Shown here: in pieces, positions 1 through 11,307 of the stretch
Numbering within the stretch: position 1 is the first letter of the stretch
Layout of the letters: each line of letters opens with the position of its first letter
NCBI GenBank assembly: GCA_963782525.1
Contig: CAWAKC010000010.1
Location: 169,119 to 233,118 of the forward strand
Direction of reading: 5' to 3'
From: Candidatus Bathyarchaeota archaeon
GTDB lineage: Archaea > Thermoproteota > Bathyarchaeia > Bathyarchaeales > Bathycorpusculaceae
Length of the DNA stretch: 64,000 nt
Notes under the pieces: model-generated
Databases searched by the model: none
Seen by the model: the letters and a program-made list of their open reading frames with translations, nothing else
Told to the model about the DNA's origin: nothing
Program-made: the position numbers and the translations under genes

Positions 1-90
1 ATGGAGAAAGAAATGAAGCGGAAGTCATCAAAAAAAGATGCGGAGCGTCTCAAGCGAGTAAAGAAAACTTTTAAGAATTGTCCGTTATAA
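1..90 (+). CDS. 3' end (or whole) of a small basic ORF upstream of the GNAT gene; possible antitoxin
   Basis: Frame 1 reads MEKEMKRKSSKKDAERLKRVKKTFKNCPL-stop and ends 12 bp before the GNAT start. Role inferred from position only. Confidence 0.3.
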   Translation: MEKEMKRKSSKKDAERLKRVKKTFKNCPL

Positions 91-102
91 TACAACGTCT
101 AT

Positions 103-632
103 ATGAGCGCTAACAGGATAACTGCTAAAGACTTGTCTCCGCCAAAGATTTTGGACCAAATTGACGACGTTAGTAGCTTTAGTTGCGGCGTTAAAGACAT
201 GGATGAGTTTATACAAAAGGAAGCGTTGGATTTTCAGAAAGAACGCCTCGGTGTAACCTACCTTTTCATGCATGACCAGGAATTAGTTGGGTTTGCTGCA
301 TTATCAATGGCAGACTTGAAAAGGGAAAAAATGGAAGCAAAGCATAGACCTCAATCTAAAGTTGAGAATTACCCTGCGCTCTTGATTGGACAGCTATCTG
401 CGAAGAACTTCAAGGTCAAGACGTAGGCACATTCATTTGCGATTTTTGCTTGGACCGAGCTTTAAGGTTCTCGAAGATAATTGGATGCAGGTTCATGTTT
501 GTAAATGCCCTAAAATCTGCGCTGGGATTTTACTTAAGATATTGTTTTGTGTTGCTTCCAAAGCAGGAAGGAAGAGACCAGAAAGTTATGTTCTTAGACA
601 TATCCAAAGCGACCGAACCACTAACAAATTAG
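103..632 (+). pseudogene. GNAT acetyltransferase (TacT/AtaT-like toxin), frameshifted
   Basis: FSCG..DMDEF, LVGF and YPALLIGQL motifs in ORF 103..426. After a frameshift near 400 the other frame continues CEELQGQDVGTFICDFCLDRAL...ALGFYLRY (acetyl-CoA binding loop) to the stop at 632. Confidence 0.75.
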
Positions 633-785
633 GCTTCCCATTTTTTGCTAACGGAATTAGTCCAACCTATGGCAATTTTTATCCGGCCAGGTTTGCGGTC
701 GAGAAATAACCAAAGAAGATTATGAACAATACGATGTTATGTGCTGGGAATGCTGGGACGACTACTAACTGAGTTGCTATGCGCT

Positions 786-1436
786 TTAGGGTTTATCTTG
801 GATAACGTGGAATATGTTGGCTAATGTTTCATCGGCAACTGGAAGTTTGCGCCATCCAAACGTTCTGAGAATTTCTTCATCTGAAGGTGCAGGAACAACA
901 AAATAGTCAGAGAGGTGTATTTTTTCAATCTCTTTTTCTTGTGCGTTTATGATTTTTCTGTCGATTATATCTTGCATTATTCTGTATCCAACGTACATTC
1001 GGATTGTATGTTTAAATTCATCCATGGCTTGTGCGTGTTTAGCCAACAGTATATTCACTCTTTTCAAATCTTCATTGCTTGTAATGTTGCATTCGGCATG
1101 GTTGATGTTGAGGAAGAAAAGTCGCATTAATCCTCTCTCATTTAAACCTGGCGTGAGCGAGAACAACCTGGAATCTTGAAGTAATCCATGATAAATTTTT
1201 TCCGACTCAGAGAGGTCATGGAATAGTTTAGACTTGGAAAGATCTATTTGAAAAATATGCTTAGCTGCAACGAAAATGAAGGCTTTTTCAAAGACAATGT
1301 AGCCACCGAAAGTTGGGATTCCATTTCGCCTATAGAGAACTCGTATTCTTTTGTGCAGCTCGCTTATCTTTGTTATCTCATTCTGGACTATAAGGTACGC
1401 AAGCTCTTGGGCAATGTTCTTCTTAAGATCAAACAT
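786..1436 (-). CDS. hypothetical protein
   Basis: 216-aa ORF, no recognised motif. Confidence 0.55.
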   Translation of the reverse strand: MFDLKKNIAQELAYLIVQNEITKISELHKRIRVLYRRNGIPTFGGYIVFEKAFIFVAAKHIFQIDLSKSKLFHDLSESEKIYHGLLQDSRLFSLTPGLNERGLMRLFFLNINHAECNITSNEDLKRVNILLAKHAQAMDEFKHTIRMYVGYRIMQDIIDRKIINAQEKEIEKIHLSDYFVVPAPSDEEILRTFGWRKLPVADETLANIFHVIQDKP

Positions 1437-1954
1437 TTTTCTATTCTTCCAGTTCTATCTTAACATCTTCAATTTCTCGGGGTAAGGCTGCATGTTCTTT
1501 AGCCTTTGAAGCATTTAACATGTCCTTTGTTGCCTTCTTCGCAAATTGGCTCAAAAGAGGAATAAGCTTTTCCTGAGTTCACCCTTCTCAAAATATGATA
1601 GTTGTTGCAACCGGTGTGCAGAATGCAGTTGCAGCATCAGCAGCAGCAACTTCTCCAGCCCCGCAGTATATTCAAATTTTGGGATAAAGAAAGAATGGGC
1701 TCATATCTTCCAAGAGATGGATAAAAAAAAGACCTCAAGATGTCTAACAAGGAAATACAAAAAGAAATAGATGCAGCTCAAAAAAAGACAAATAATTTGA
1801 TGTTGGAAGGCTTGCGTTTTAACCAACTATTTACAGGAACAGAAAAAGTTGGAGATGGTTTGTTATTCTACTCTTTTGTCATACTCTCCTATCACAGAAA
1901 CCCTGCGAGCCCAAACTTGCTTATTCTTTTAAGCTTGCAGGTGGAAGGGCTTTT

Positions 1955-2515
1955 ATGCTTAAAGATGCGCATTTTAATATCATGGCTACTAATTCTGCGC
2001 AGGATGAAAGCCAGAACGAAAAGGGTTCTTCTACAACTCAATACAAAAAATGCTACTTGACAACGGCTATCCGAGAATTCAAGTTGACAAAATGGCAAAT
2101 CGAGTGTGCTTTAAGTGATGGCGTCCTTCAGCAGCTTCGAGCCCCAAATCCTCATAACAAAAGCGGACCTTTGGCTGTTATGCTCTACCGCGCCGAGATA
2201 GAACAGAACCTTAATCGACTAAGATCGTACCCAAGATTTTCACCACTAGAGTTGCAGGCAAATAATGCCAAGAGAACAGTTGTAGTAGCCAGAAAGAAAG
2301 CCAGAGACGAAGTTGAATTCTTCTGCGAAACCTGCCAAACCGCAATCAGAGCTCCCAATGGCTACCCTCCCTTTGAATGGTACTGTCAAGGCAAGATCCC
2401 TCAAAAACGCGCCTCAACGCTACTCCGCAGACACCATGTTAGGCATTGGCACAATAGCTTTGACGAGTTCTCCGTAACCTCAGGGCTGGAATGGAATTCG
2501 ACGAAGCCAACATAG
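1955..2515 (+). CDS. hypothetical Zn-binding protein with an XPA-C-like NPH...LY motif
   Basis: TAIREFKLT...NPHNKSGPLAVMLY, CETC and HHVRHWHNSFD motifs. Confidence 0.45.
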   Translation: MLKDAHFNIMATNSAQDESQNEKGSSTTQYKKCYLTTAIREFKLTKWQIECALSDGVLQQLRAPNPHNKSGPLAVMLYRAEIEQNLNRLRSYPRFSPLELQANNAKRTVVVARKKARDEVEFFCETCQTAIRAPNGYPPFEWYCQGKIPQKRASTLLRRHHVRHWHNSFDEFSVTSGLEWNSTKPT

Positions 2516-2630
2516 AAGCCAATGCGTACGCAGAACGGATGATAAGCAGCAAAACAAACCTTAAACACTAAAAAAGAAAAGAGGAAGAAGAAAAAACCTA
2601 ATTTTCCAAAAAACGCCAATTTTTTCTTCT

Positions 2631-2694
2631 TCTACCAGTTAGTTCTCGAGTTCCCGACTGCACCGACTTTCTAGGTGTAGACCTATCGGTAACG
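2631..2694. repeat. diverged ~63-bp direct repeat, copy A
   Basis: tctaccagttagttctcgagttcccgactgcaccgactttctaggtgtagacctatcggtaacg aligns by eye with 3948-4010. Confidence 0.75.
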
Positions 2695-2729
2695 TGTTTA
2701 ATTGATTTACTTGTTTTTCAGCTTTTTTA

Positions 2730-3143
2730 TTATGTTTCTTCATTTTCAGAGTTTATTCGCTTGAATGACTGCTTGAATTTTTCCCCTTCCAGCGATTCAG
2801 GCTCAATTAGTTTTGTATATGGATTGGCAATGTTGTCTTTTGTGGGAAATTGTACGCTGCATGGTGGCTGCCGCTTTAGTGCTGCTTTTTCTTCTTTAGT
2901 CATTTTTATGCCAAACTTGTGCACTTCGTCGTGGCACGGTTGTCTGCACAGCCATATGAAAGGTGGCTTATGTTCGCCTGTGAGTGAATGTTTCGTCATT
3001 GCGTCGCCTACTCTGCCGCATTTGGAACACTGTTTTAGTTTCTTTGGGGGTCTTCGTGTTTTGGTTTTTAACCTACTTTTGACACCGCTGAACATGCCGT
3101 AGTCTTTGTAAACATCTTCTTTGGTAGTTGTGCGCTTAGTCAC
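2730..3143 (-). CDS. small HNH-like Zn-binding endonuclease
   Basis: CSKC...TKHSL...IWLCRQPCHDEVH resembles the CxxC...H...LCxxCHxxxH HNH pattern. Confidence 0.5.
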   Translation of the reverse strand: MTKRTTTKEDVYKDYGMFSGVKSRLKTKTRRPPKKLKQCSKCGRVGDAMTKHSLTGEHKPPFIWLCRQPCHDEVHKFGIKMTKEEKAALKRQPPCSVQFPTKDNIANPYTKLIEPESLEGEKFKQSFKRINSENEET

Positions 3144-3224
3144 TTCTTGTCGTCCATCCGTTTCCTCTTAGATTTGAAAATTTTAGTTCTTTACGATTAA
3201 AAGGATAAAATCAACGATTGGGCT

Positions 3225-3641
3225 TTATGGTGTAATGATTTCTAAGTCAGAAATCCTGCTGAAGTGCGCTTGGTTGCGTGTGGCGACACTGTATTCCCTC
3301 GTTAGGGCGATGGCAGCGATGAGGGTGTCTCTTAGTCCAATCGGTTGTCCTTGAAGCTCTAGTTGTGCGTATATGTGGCCTGCTTTTTGGGCAGCTTTTG
3401 ATGTAAATGGAAGAATAGATAACCTTCTTATGAGTACGTGGATTGCTTGAAGATTTTTTTCGCTTTCCTGAGATTTATGTGCTCCATGATGGAGTTCAAA
3501 GATATTGACTGCAGTGGTTGCCAAAATGTAGTTTTTTTCTTCAAGCTTGGTGATGAAGGCTGTTGCTTGTTTCTGGTTTCTTAGCAGGTCAATTAAGAGG
3601 TCGGTATCGATGACTGTTTTTACGGTTTCCATGTTTCCCAT
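3225..3641 (-). CDS. vapC: PIN-domain toxin (VapC family)
   Basis: VIDTDLLID, NIFEL, GLRDTLIAAIA and VATRNQAHF PIN motifs. Confidence 0.92.
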   Translation of the reverse strand: MGNMETVKTVIDTDLLIDLLRNQKQATAFITKLEEKNYILATTAVNIFELHHGAHKSQESEKNLQAIHVLIRRLSILPFTSKAAQKAGHIYAQLELQGQPIGLRDTLIAAIALTREYSVATRNQAHFSRISDLEIITP

Positions 3642-3868
3642 GCCCTGGCAATTGACTCTTTGACTTCTTTTGCTTCAGTATCATTCATACTCCATGAACC
3701 TGCTAGATCAGAAATCTTTTTTCCTTTTCTGCTTCGCCGTATTATGTATTTCATTGCTTCATCCATCGATACAGGTCGTTTTCTTTTGATTTGTAATTCG
3801 CCTGCGATAGCGCACAATTCGGAATATGTTTCTTTGCTGATTTTCACTGCTTTAAGCTCAGCGGTCAC
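3620..3868 (-). CDS. vapB: VapB-type antitoxin
   Basis: 82 aa, overlaps the vapC start; KAVKISKETYSEL (RHH-like) and ISDLAGSW...E motifs. Confidence 0.8.
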   Translation of the reverse strand: MTAELKAVKISKETYSELCAIAGELQIKRKRPVSMDEAMKYIIRRSRKGKKISDLAGSWSMNDTEAKEVKESIARAWETWKP

Positions 3869-3947
3869 ATCACATCACAGGTGGTAAAAGTAGTATTAAC
3901 CCACTTATTAACCAACTGGCAACTTCAATTATTTTTGTTATTTTTCG

Positions 3948-4010
3948 TCTACGGATTGTTCTCGAGTTCTTAACTGAACCAACTTTCACAGTGTAAGCCT
4001 ATCCGGTACG
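3948..4010. repeat. diverged ~63-bp direct repeat, copy B
   Basis: tctacggattgttctcgagttcttaactgaaccaactttcacagtgtaagcctatccggtacg aligns with 2631-2694. Confidence 0.75.
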
Positions 4011-4475
4011 CTCGACTGCCAAAACGGGAAAGAAGAACGACAAGCAAGATTTTGGGGAGCTGTTGTTCATTTATCGAAAAAAGATCCGGGCGGGGCATTC
4101 CCCTTCAACCATTGAAACAGGGCTATGAGTTATTATTGAAAGAAGAAGACAGCGCTGTGGGCAGAGATTGTGTCTTCTCTTTTAGTTACGTGAGCGTTTT
4201 GTCTTTGTTGGAAAGAAGAAGAAAAACATGCCCGCAGGAAATCACCCGTTCTTCTTCTTTAATTAGAGAAGTTCGGTTTATTGATGGAAAAAAAGAATTC
4301 TAATTCTGTTGGAGCAGTTTTTTCTTTATTAAGCTTTAGTGGGTAGCAAGGTCAACCGCCAAAGATAAAGCATAAACATTCGCTGTCGGTACCATTTTAG
4401 CTAAATTCAAGAAGGTCCATAGCTACAAATCAGGGGAAATAAGAAAATTAAGGCGCTACTTTGCTGGCCCAATTT

Positions 4476-5111
4476 TTAGAGGCCGGGTATGTTTATGTCT
4501 ACCAGGTTTATGTCCATGTTGTAAGATTGTCCTTGAACTGTTGGTGAGGTCATTACCATTTTGATTGGCCATTGGACGGTGTTGTCAACATAGTATGCTG
4601 CGCTCATTCCTTGGCTGCTGTATTCGTAGACGGTGCAGGTTCTTGTTCCAAGGTTTGGTATAGTTATTTGTGCGGTGTATGAGTTGTTTAGTGGTAGGTT
4701 TTCAGGTTGGAAATTCATGTTTTCTCTGCTTACCCAGGTTGTGGTTGTGTTTTCTGTTGCACCGAAAGGTGTTGACATGTTGTAGTCGGTTGATATTTGT
4801 ATGTGCGTTTGGTTGACATCAACGATTTCCATTTTTGCGTTGAAGGTGATGCTCATGGATAGGATTTCAGCTTGGCCTGCATAAGTGGCATAAGCGCCCT
4901 TTTTGATCCAAGATTGCGGGGTATTCTGGTTATCTATTATGCTATTTTGATTGTTAGTTTGGGTATTGGGTGTTTTGTTGCTTGCTGTTAAAATCGCCGC
5001 AGCAGAGGCGACTGTTGCAATTGCTACGACAGCTACTAAAATTATTGCGATTAGTTTTTTGCTAAGAATGTTTTTTTTTGCGACTTGTTGATTGCTTTCC
5101 AATTGGGCCAC
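4476..5111 (-). CDS. membrane-anchored or secreted beta-rich protein
   Basis: KK followed by a hydrophobic N-terminal helix, an N/T/Q linker, then a WIKKGAYATY beta-rich domain. Confidence 0.7.
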   Translation of the reverse strand: MAQLESNQQVAKKNILSKKLIAIILVAVVAIATVASAAAILTASNKTPNTQTNNQNSIIDNQNTPQSWIKKGAYATYAGQAEILSMSITFNAKMEIVDVNQTHIQISTDYNMSTPFGATENTTTTWVSRENMNFQPENLPLNNSYTAQITIPNLGTRTCTVYEYSSQGMSAAYYVDNTVQWPIKMVMTSPTVQGQSYNMDINLVDINIPGL

Positions 5112-5568
5112 CGTTTGATTGCAAGAATATTAAGATATAATATATATCTTGCGCACACAAAATAAGAACCAGAACAACAACAATTTTTTTTAAAGCTGTT
5201 GATCTTTCATAGACTTAAATAAACCCTATTTCATTGGGAGAACAACAACACGCCAAAATTCCAGTTTGTTGTTGTTATTTTGGTAGCGCAGACGTTATCT
5301 TGAAAGAAGAAAAAATTGCTATTCGGGAAAAATCGATTTTTATAAGCAAACCTTTGTAGAGACTTCGGAAAATCTTGATTTTTTTAGGATCGACCACAAC
5401 TTGGGAAAGATAAAACATTACAGAAAAATAATCCTACTCTTAGTTATCGATGGATCATTCTATTTGTCGCCGTTCTAGGCTTTTATAGCTTTCACCGTTC
5501 ACTCAAGGTAAAAACTAAGAAAAGGAAAAGTTGGTTTTCTTAATAACGTCGTGCACCTGTATTATTTA

Positions 5569-6012
5569 TCATCCAACGAAAATCATTCTCATGTATACGC
5601 CATCAGGATATGAATTTGCTCTTGATGGATCCATCTTCATGCCCATAAGAAACAGTCCGATCATTGAATTAGAATAGTAAACCCACGTATTTTCTGGAAC
5701 GGTAAATATCATAGGTGGTATTGTCGCGTCAATAGCTTGTGGTTTTTCTGCATTGGTTGCACTCAACATTTGAGCTCTTCCTGATTGGTGAGCAATCGGA
5801 GGATTTATCCATTCATTCATTACTCCGCTTGGAAGCCAAAGTTCTGTAAGACTATTTTTGCCCTTATTAGTCGCAAAAGCATTCGGATTTTTGTCAACTG
5901 CGTTGTCTGGTCCGATTGCAAGAACAGGCGTTGCCAACATGACAAGCAACAGGAACATAATCGTGATTGTAATGATTTTTTTATTCATTTCTTTCACCTC
6001 TACTAAACCCAT
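5569..6012 (-). CDS. secreted hypothetical protein
   Basis: MNKKIITITIMFLLLVMLATPVLA signal peptide (true start probably the internal Met). Confidence 0.65.
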   Translation of the reverse strand: MGLVEVKEMNKKIITITIMFLLLVMLATPVLAIGPDNAVDKNPNAFATNKGKNSLTELWLPSGVMNEWINPPIAHQSGRAQMLSATNAEKPQAIDATIPPMIFTVPENTWVYYSNSMIGLFLMGMKMDPSRANSYPDGVYMRMIFVG

Positions 6013-6208
6013 AATATGACAAAAAATAGATAGCTTTTTTTAGCACCAAGAAAAGCCTGAAATCAGGAACTAATAATCTTATTAAAGATTATTCAAGCTT
6101 AAATTAGGTTTTAAAATTAGAATCAGCTGATTTAAACTCACAGAAGCTATTACAAACTCAAAATAGCAGAAAACGTTCAAAAATGAGCTATTTATTTTTT
6201 GTCTTTAG

Positions 6209-9200
6209 CTACCTAAGATCAATTTGACGTTTCATAGGTTCCTTTTCATAACAAATCCGAAGCTTCATAATATTGCCTCCACGACCACGTTCTCCTGGGA
6301 AAAAGCGTGTCTCAACTAGACCTCTGCGTTGCAACTCACAAATGACTTTTCCCGACCGACCTTTTCGTCCATATACAGCTGAAGCAGGCACCTTTCCATG
6401 TTTAACTACATCCATCGATGTCCTCCAACCCGACTTTTCCATAGGCAATCTCAACCGCATGTAGTCCTCAACAAAAGAACTGACCAAAAAGTCGAATACT
6501 TTCCTCGAAGCCTCGCTCTTAAATTCAAATCCCACTGCTGAGACTTCTTTAGACTCAGAAAGCGCATTGACAGGAAGAATGGAAATTGCCTTTTCACTTG
6601 GACTCTCTTTCAATTGATCAACTGGAGATATTTTTATAGTGACCACTTTGGGCACGCAAGTTTTACAATTCCCAGTCTCGTCTATATAGACGATCTTCGG
6701 AGAAAAACTGTAGACACCTTCTTTGGTTGCGTATAGCGAAAATTTAATTGTTAACATTTGGAAAGGCGATATAGACTGTTTTCTGAACTCTATGGAACCT
6801 TTTGCCAAAACATAATTAGTAGGCATCTTAGAGACGCTAAAGCTGGGAGAATACAGGTTATCAACTGCGATAAGAAATCCGTTACATCTTGAAACGTTAA
6901 CTATTTCAAGCCATACTTCAAATTCGTCCCCAACCGAACTTTCTTTCTTTAGCATCAAAGATGGCTCTAAATCAAAATATCTAAATTGACTATCAATTTT
7001 CTTAGTAAACATCAGGCTTTTTGCCCTTTGAACCTCGGCATCTGAAGATCGACCTTGTTTATCCAAAGTTGAAGCATAATCTATCCTCATCGTTGCTTCA
7101 AAAGCTCTTGCGAAAAGTGCACCTTTTAAGAGGTCAAGACTCAAATCAAAAAGCGTATTGCTCTTTTCCCAATCCTTCTTCGCAGCAAAGAACAGCGCCT
7201 TGGCTTTAATCATGGCGGCATAGCCAAGTTTGCTCCCGACTTTAGACTCGTCAGGAAATAGGCGCTTAATTTCAACGTAGTGCTTTTCAGCGTTTTCCAA
7301 ATCGCCAAGTTTAGAGTATAAAGCCAAAAGACTAGCCAAACTCTGGCTTTGGATATAATGAGAGTCAGTCTTTTCCGCATATTTATTCGCTAGAAGATTC
7401 TGGGTAACTGCCGCCTCTAATTCACCCAAAATATCCAGGGTTATAGCCGAATAAACAGCAGCCCAACCAGTTCTATAAATGTACCCAATCTTCTCACTGA
7501 TCTCGAATGCCTTGCCAAAACACGCTCACGCTTCACTAAACAGTCTATAATTGAAGAACACTTGACCAGCATAAAAATAAGCATCCACTTGCCCACGAAA
7601 ATCTCCAATTTCCTCGTTCAATGCAATAGCACGCTTAACAACTACAATGGCTTTTTCAGGATAGCCCTCAGTTTGGTAGAGGCTAGCACTTTCATTTAGC
7701 GCTTGGGCTAAATCTGCTAATGAGTTTTCTTCTTCAAAAACAGCTAATGCATTTTCTAAACATTTCAACGTTTCTTTTGAATTTCCAAATGAGCCCATGG
7801 CTGCTGCTTTGTTCAGAAGTAGTCGTGCGTATTCTAATCGACCAAATTCCACGAGGTCGTCTGCTTCTTTGGATAATTCTAGCGAATGGGCAAAATCTCC
7901 AAGCCATCGCGATGATGCCACTGATTTTCGTAGTGCTCGCAGCTTTACTACTCCTTTCTCGGTACTATACAAAAGATGATTGAACATTTTTTGTGCTTCA
8001 CGGAACTCACCTGTGGCAAAAAATGCGTCTCCCAATCCTTCAATTGCTGAAGCACGTTCATCTAAGTACTGTTCCTTTTCCTCTGAAATATCCAAAACAT
8101 ATGAGAAAAATTTCTTCGCTTCCAGGTTACTGAATTTTGCTAAAGCCTCTTTACCTGCCCGCAAAGAATACTCCAATGTTTTGGGGCCATTTCCAGCTTT
8201 TTCGTAGTGGAACGATAAATGACTAGCGATACTTTTTTTCTGGTTCTTACTGAGGGTTTCCAATCTCTCAGCAATTAAAAGATGGTAACCAGACTTCAAC
8301 GGTATTGGCAATTCATCGTAGATTATTTCCTGGGACTTCGCGTGGTCAAACGAGTAAGAGCCATCTTCAAACTTTATCCGCAAAGTTGTTTTAGATATTG
8401 AATTCAGTTTTTCTAAAATCTGAATTTGCTCCTGACCCAGCACAGACGCAATCAACTTAAAATCAAACTTTTCTCCAAGAACAGAAGCAACATCCAGTAT
8501 CTTTCTGTGTTTAAGCTTTAAACTGCTGACTCTTTGCAAAATTATATCTTTAACTTTTAAGGGAATTATAACTTTTAAGGGAATTACTATTCTATCGGTG
8601 GAGGGACGCCATTCACCATTTTCTTGAATGAGACTACCCTCATTACCCAATGTCCTTAAGGATTCAACAACAAAAAGAGCATTACCCTGACTTTCAAATG
8701 ATAATTTTTCCAAAAAAGTAGGTTGTATTTGGCCTCCTAACATACTGGATGCTAACACTCCAACCTCATATGCATTAAGGCTCGGCAACTTGATTTCCCG
8801 ATATAGATCCTCTCGACCCATCGCTCGGAGCGTTTCAACAAGCGATGAAGGTTGCCCTTGTAAATCAAAACTTAAACTCTCACTCCTAAATGTGGCCAGA
8901 ACAAAAATCCTCTCAGAATTGACAAACCGAGAAATATAATGAAGTAATGCCAACGATGCAGAATCAGCCCAATGAATATCTTCAAGAACCAAAACAACAG
9001 GCTTTCTAGTAGACAAATTTAGTAATTCCTTAGTTAACTGATGCAAACGTTAAATCCATCCAAGCTTGAGGGGACCTCACCTCGCCTGTATATTCACTAT
9101 TTTGAAGAGACACTATTCCATCGATTTGACCCTTAACCTTCGGCATAGCAGAAAGTAATTCTTCCGTATTCGGATAAACTGCGCTAAATGCTTCAATTAA

Positions 9201-9440
9201 CGGAAAATAAGGAACGCCGGCATTACTCAAACACCGTCCCAACAAAACGTTAATTTCTTTCTTGCGAGCAATTTCGACAAACTCATTAACCCGTCTAGTC
9301 TTTCCGCTTCCTGCTTCTCCAGAAATAACGATTGTCTGTCCATTAGCCTCCAGAACGGAATCTAAGGTCTTGTTCAAAGTGCTTAGTTCATTATTTCTTC
9401 CGACTAGGACTGGATTAGAAAGACCCAATCGTTTCACCAA
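6209..9440 (-). pseudogene. STAND/AAA_16 ATPase-TPR-Ig-like-wHTH multidomain protein, disrupted
   Basis: Walker A GEAGSGKT (9030..9440); Walker B LVLEDIHWAD and TPRs (7526..9046). Frameshift near 9040, in-frame TGA at 7526-7528 reading through into ORF 6209..7429, and an 18-bp tandem duplication at 8551-8586 (VIIPLK x2). Confidence 0.8.
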
Positions 9441-9640
9441 ATATAATGTATAGTATGAACAATTGATTTTTATTTAACAATTGTCCATCCTATTGTTGTT
9501 CTTTTATTTGACCTTGTCTTAAAAGAAGAAGATTGAAAAAATAGCACTTCTTCTCCTACCAATTAATCGTCTGTTTCTTTACAGAACGCTATTTTGAATT
9601 GGACTTAATGGCTTTTAATCTCTATGTGGTTTGTTAGGTT

Positions 9641-10390
9641 ATGATAGAGATAAAGCAAGCGTCAGATGGTAATTTTGTTGTTAAATCGTCGGTTTCTGAT
9701 TTCTGCGCTTGCATGGGCTACTGTGAAATTAGAGTAAAACATTATTTGAAAGGAATTAAGCCACCTGACACGCAAATTACAATCGACGGCGTCAAATCAC
9801 ATGAGAAAGAAGAAGTTTACGAAAAAGAACACTTCACATTTGAACCTGTTACGCCCGAGGCGCTTGCGGATTTATCTAAGGATATAGAGTTTGCCCGGGA
9901 AGGACTCTTTACACGTTTTCTGAGGGAACTCTGGTTTGGGGCAGAGAGGGTTTCGCTTTTACTCTATGGGCGAGCTGATAAGGTTATGCGAAGCAACGGG
10001 ACACTCATCGTTGAAGACTCCAAGTTTCCAGCCACCAAACCCAAATACCACAACCAGTTTGAACCGTTTGATAACCAGAAACTCCAAACTCTACTGTATT
10101 TGAATTCGAATTTTAATGAAACCGGATCTTTGGAAGAAAAGGAGTATTTTGAGGTTTGCTGTGAGAAGAAGGCGTGGATAATTAACATAAAAGATAAGGT
10201 GACTTTGGAGAGCATCAAGATCTTTCAAGGCTACCAGACCAAAGAAGCAGAAGATTTCTTGAATGAAAAGATCCAAAGATTTGCTTTGTTGGCTCTGGGG
10301 AAACTTGAGCCCGAACACCATAATAATTCAAAGAAATGCCAAAGCTGCAGATTTGAAGAATGCGAACACCACCTGGAACCTAAAATTTAA
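9641..10390 (+). CDS. solo Cas4-like PD-(D/E)xK exonuclease with Fe-S Cys ligands
   Basis: N-terminal YCE, GRADKV...IVEDSK, QTLLY and C-terminal KCQSCRFEEC. Confidence 0.75.
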   Translation: MIEIKQASDGNFVVKSSVSDFCACMGYCEIRVKHYLKGIKPPDTQITIDGVKSHEKEEVYEKEHFTFEPVTPEALADLSKDIEFAREGLFTRFLRELWFGAERVSLLLYGRADKVMRSNGTLIVEDSKFPATKPKYHNQFEPFDNQKLQTLLYLNSNFNETGSLEEKEYFEVCCEKKAWIINIKDKVTLESIKIFQGYQTKEAEDFLNEKIQRFALLALGKLEPEHHNNSKKCQSCRFEECEHHLEPKI

Positions 10391-10531
10391 CCCAACCAAC
10401 TAAACCAAGACCCATAAACCTTCTTTATATCTTATCAAATAATTATCTATACTTCTATTTGTCAGAATCAGTCCGTTAGTTTTTTTGATTCAATTGCGCA
10501 ATCTTAATCTTCTACGGCTCATAGTCGAAGT

Positions 10532-10756
10532 GTGGAAAAGCAAATGAAGAAAGAAGAGGCAACAGTTTTATTAAATGAATTAGGCGCTAACAATCTCGTT
10601 AATCCCCGGTTAGTTCTTATTGAACACAATGAACCAGACAGATATCGATTGCAGATTAGAGGCGATTATGACCGTTCCGCAATTGCACTATTTGTAAGAA
10701 AAAGAGATTTGTCATGCAAAATGAACAACAACTACTTGACTGTTTCCAAGCCATAG
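10532..10756 (+). CDS. small hypothetical protein, paralog of 29993..30235
   Basis: MKKEEATVLLNELGANNLV..P...YRLQIRGDYD versus MNRKEAITLLSELGANQLV..P...YQLKIRGNYN. Confidence 0.7.
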   Translation: MEKQMKKEEATVLLNELGANNLVNPRLVLIEHNEPDRYRLQIRGDYDRSAIALFVRKRDLSCKMNNNYLTVSKP

Positions 10757-11307
10757 ACTTTTTTTAAATTGAATTTTAATCCACCCTTTAGATATTGGTG
10801 GCGTCCTAACAGTAAATTCAGAGAAAAGGAAACATCAATTATTTACTATCATTGGTTATTTTTTGGGTGCCTCTTCATTCGAAATAGGTAAAAATGTCTC
10901 AATTCTTTTGTTGGGTCTTTGACTTTTCTTTTGGACCTCTTTGAGTCTATATTTGAAGTCTGTTGTGTGTGTTATGCTATTTGCTTTGGATTTTTTCGTT
11001 GTCATTTCTTTCTACCTCTAAAAATTTTATAATTCGAAGAATTTAATTTCTTATAGGCGGGAAACATTGTTTCCATCTATCCCTTATCTGATGCGGCGGT
11101 GCATAAGCAGTTTTCGGTTTCGCATATTTCGCAAGGAAAAGTATGGATTAAATTTTAATCTTTTTTTTCTCTCTCTCCTCTCTCTCCTCTCTCAAACGCA
11201 TACGAACGTACTCTTACTCACACTCACCCACACACACGTGCCTAATGTCAGTCTGTCACCCTGTCACTGTCTGGCAACCACTCGCAAAAAACAAAATTAC
11301 TCAATGC

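Noticed and set aside
11161-11240. CT/CA-rich simple repeats (similar gtgtga run near 34534) and ORFs 11067..11327 and 34347..34655
   Set aside because: Low-complexity sequence; the ORFs look like translations of it and no function can be supported.
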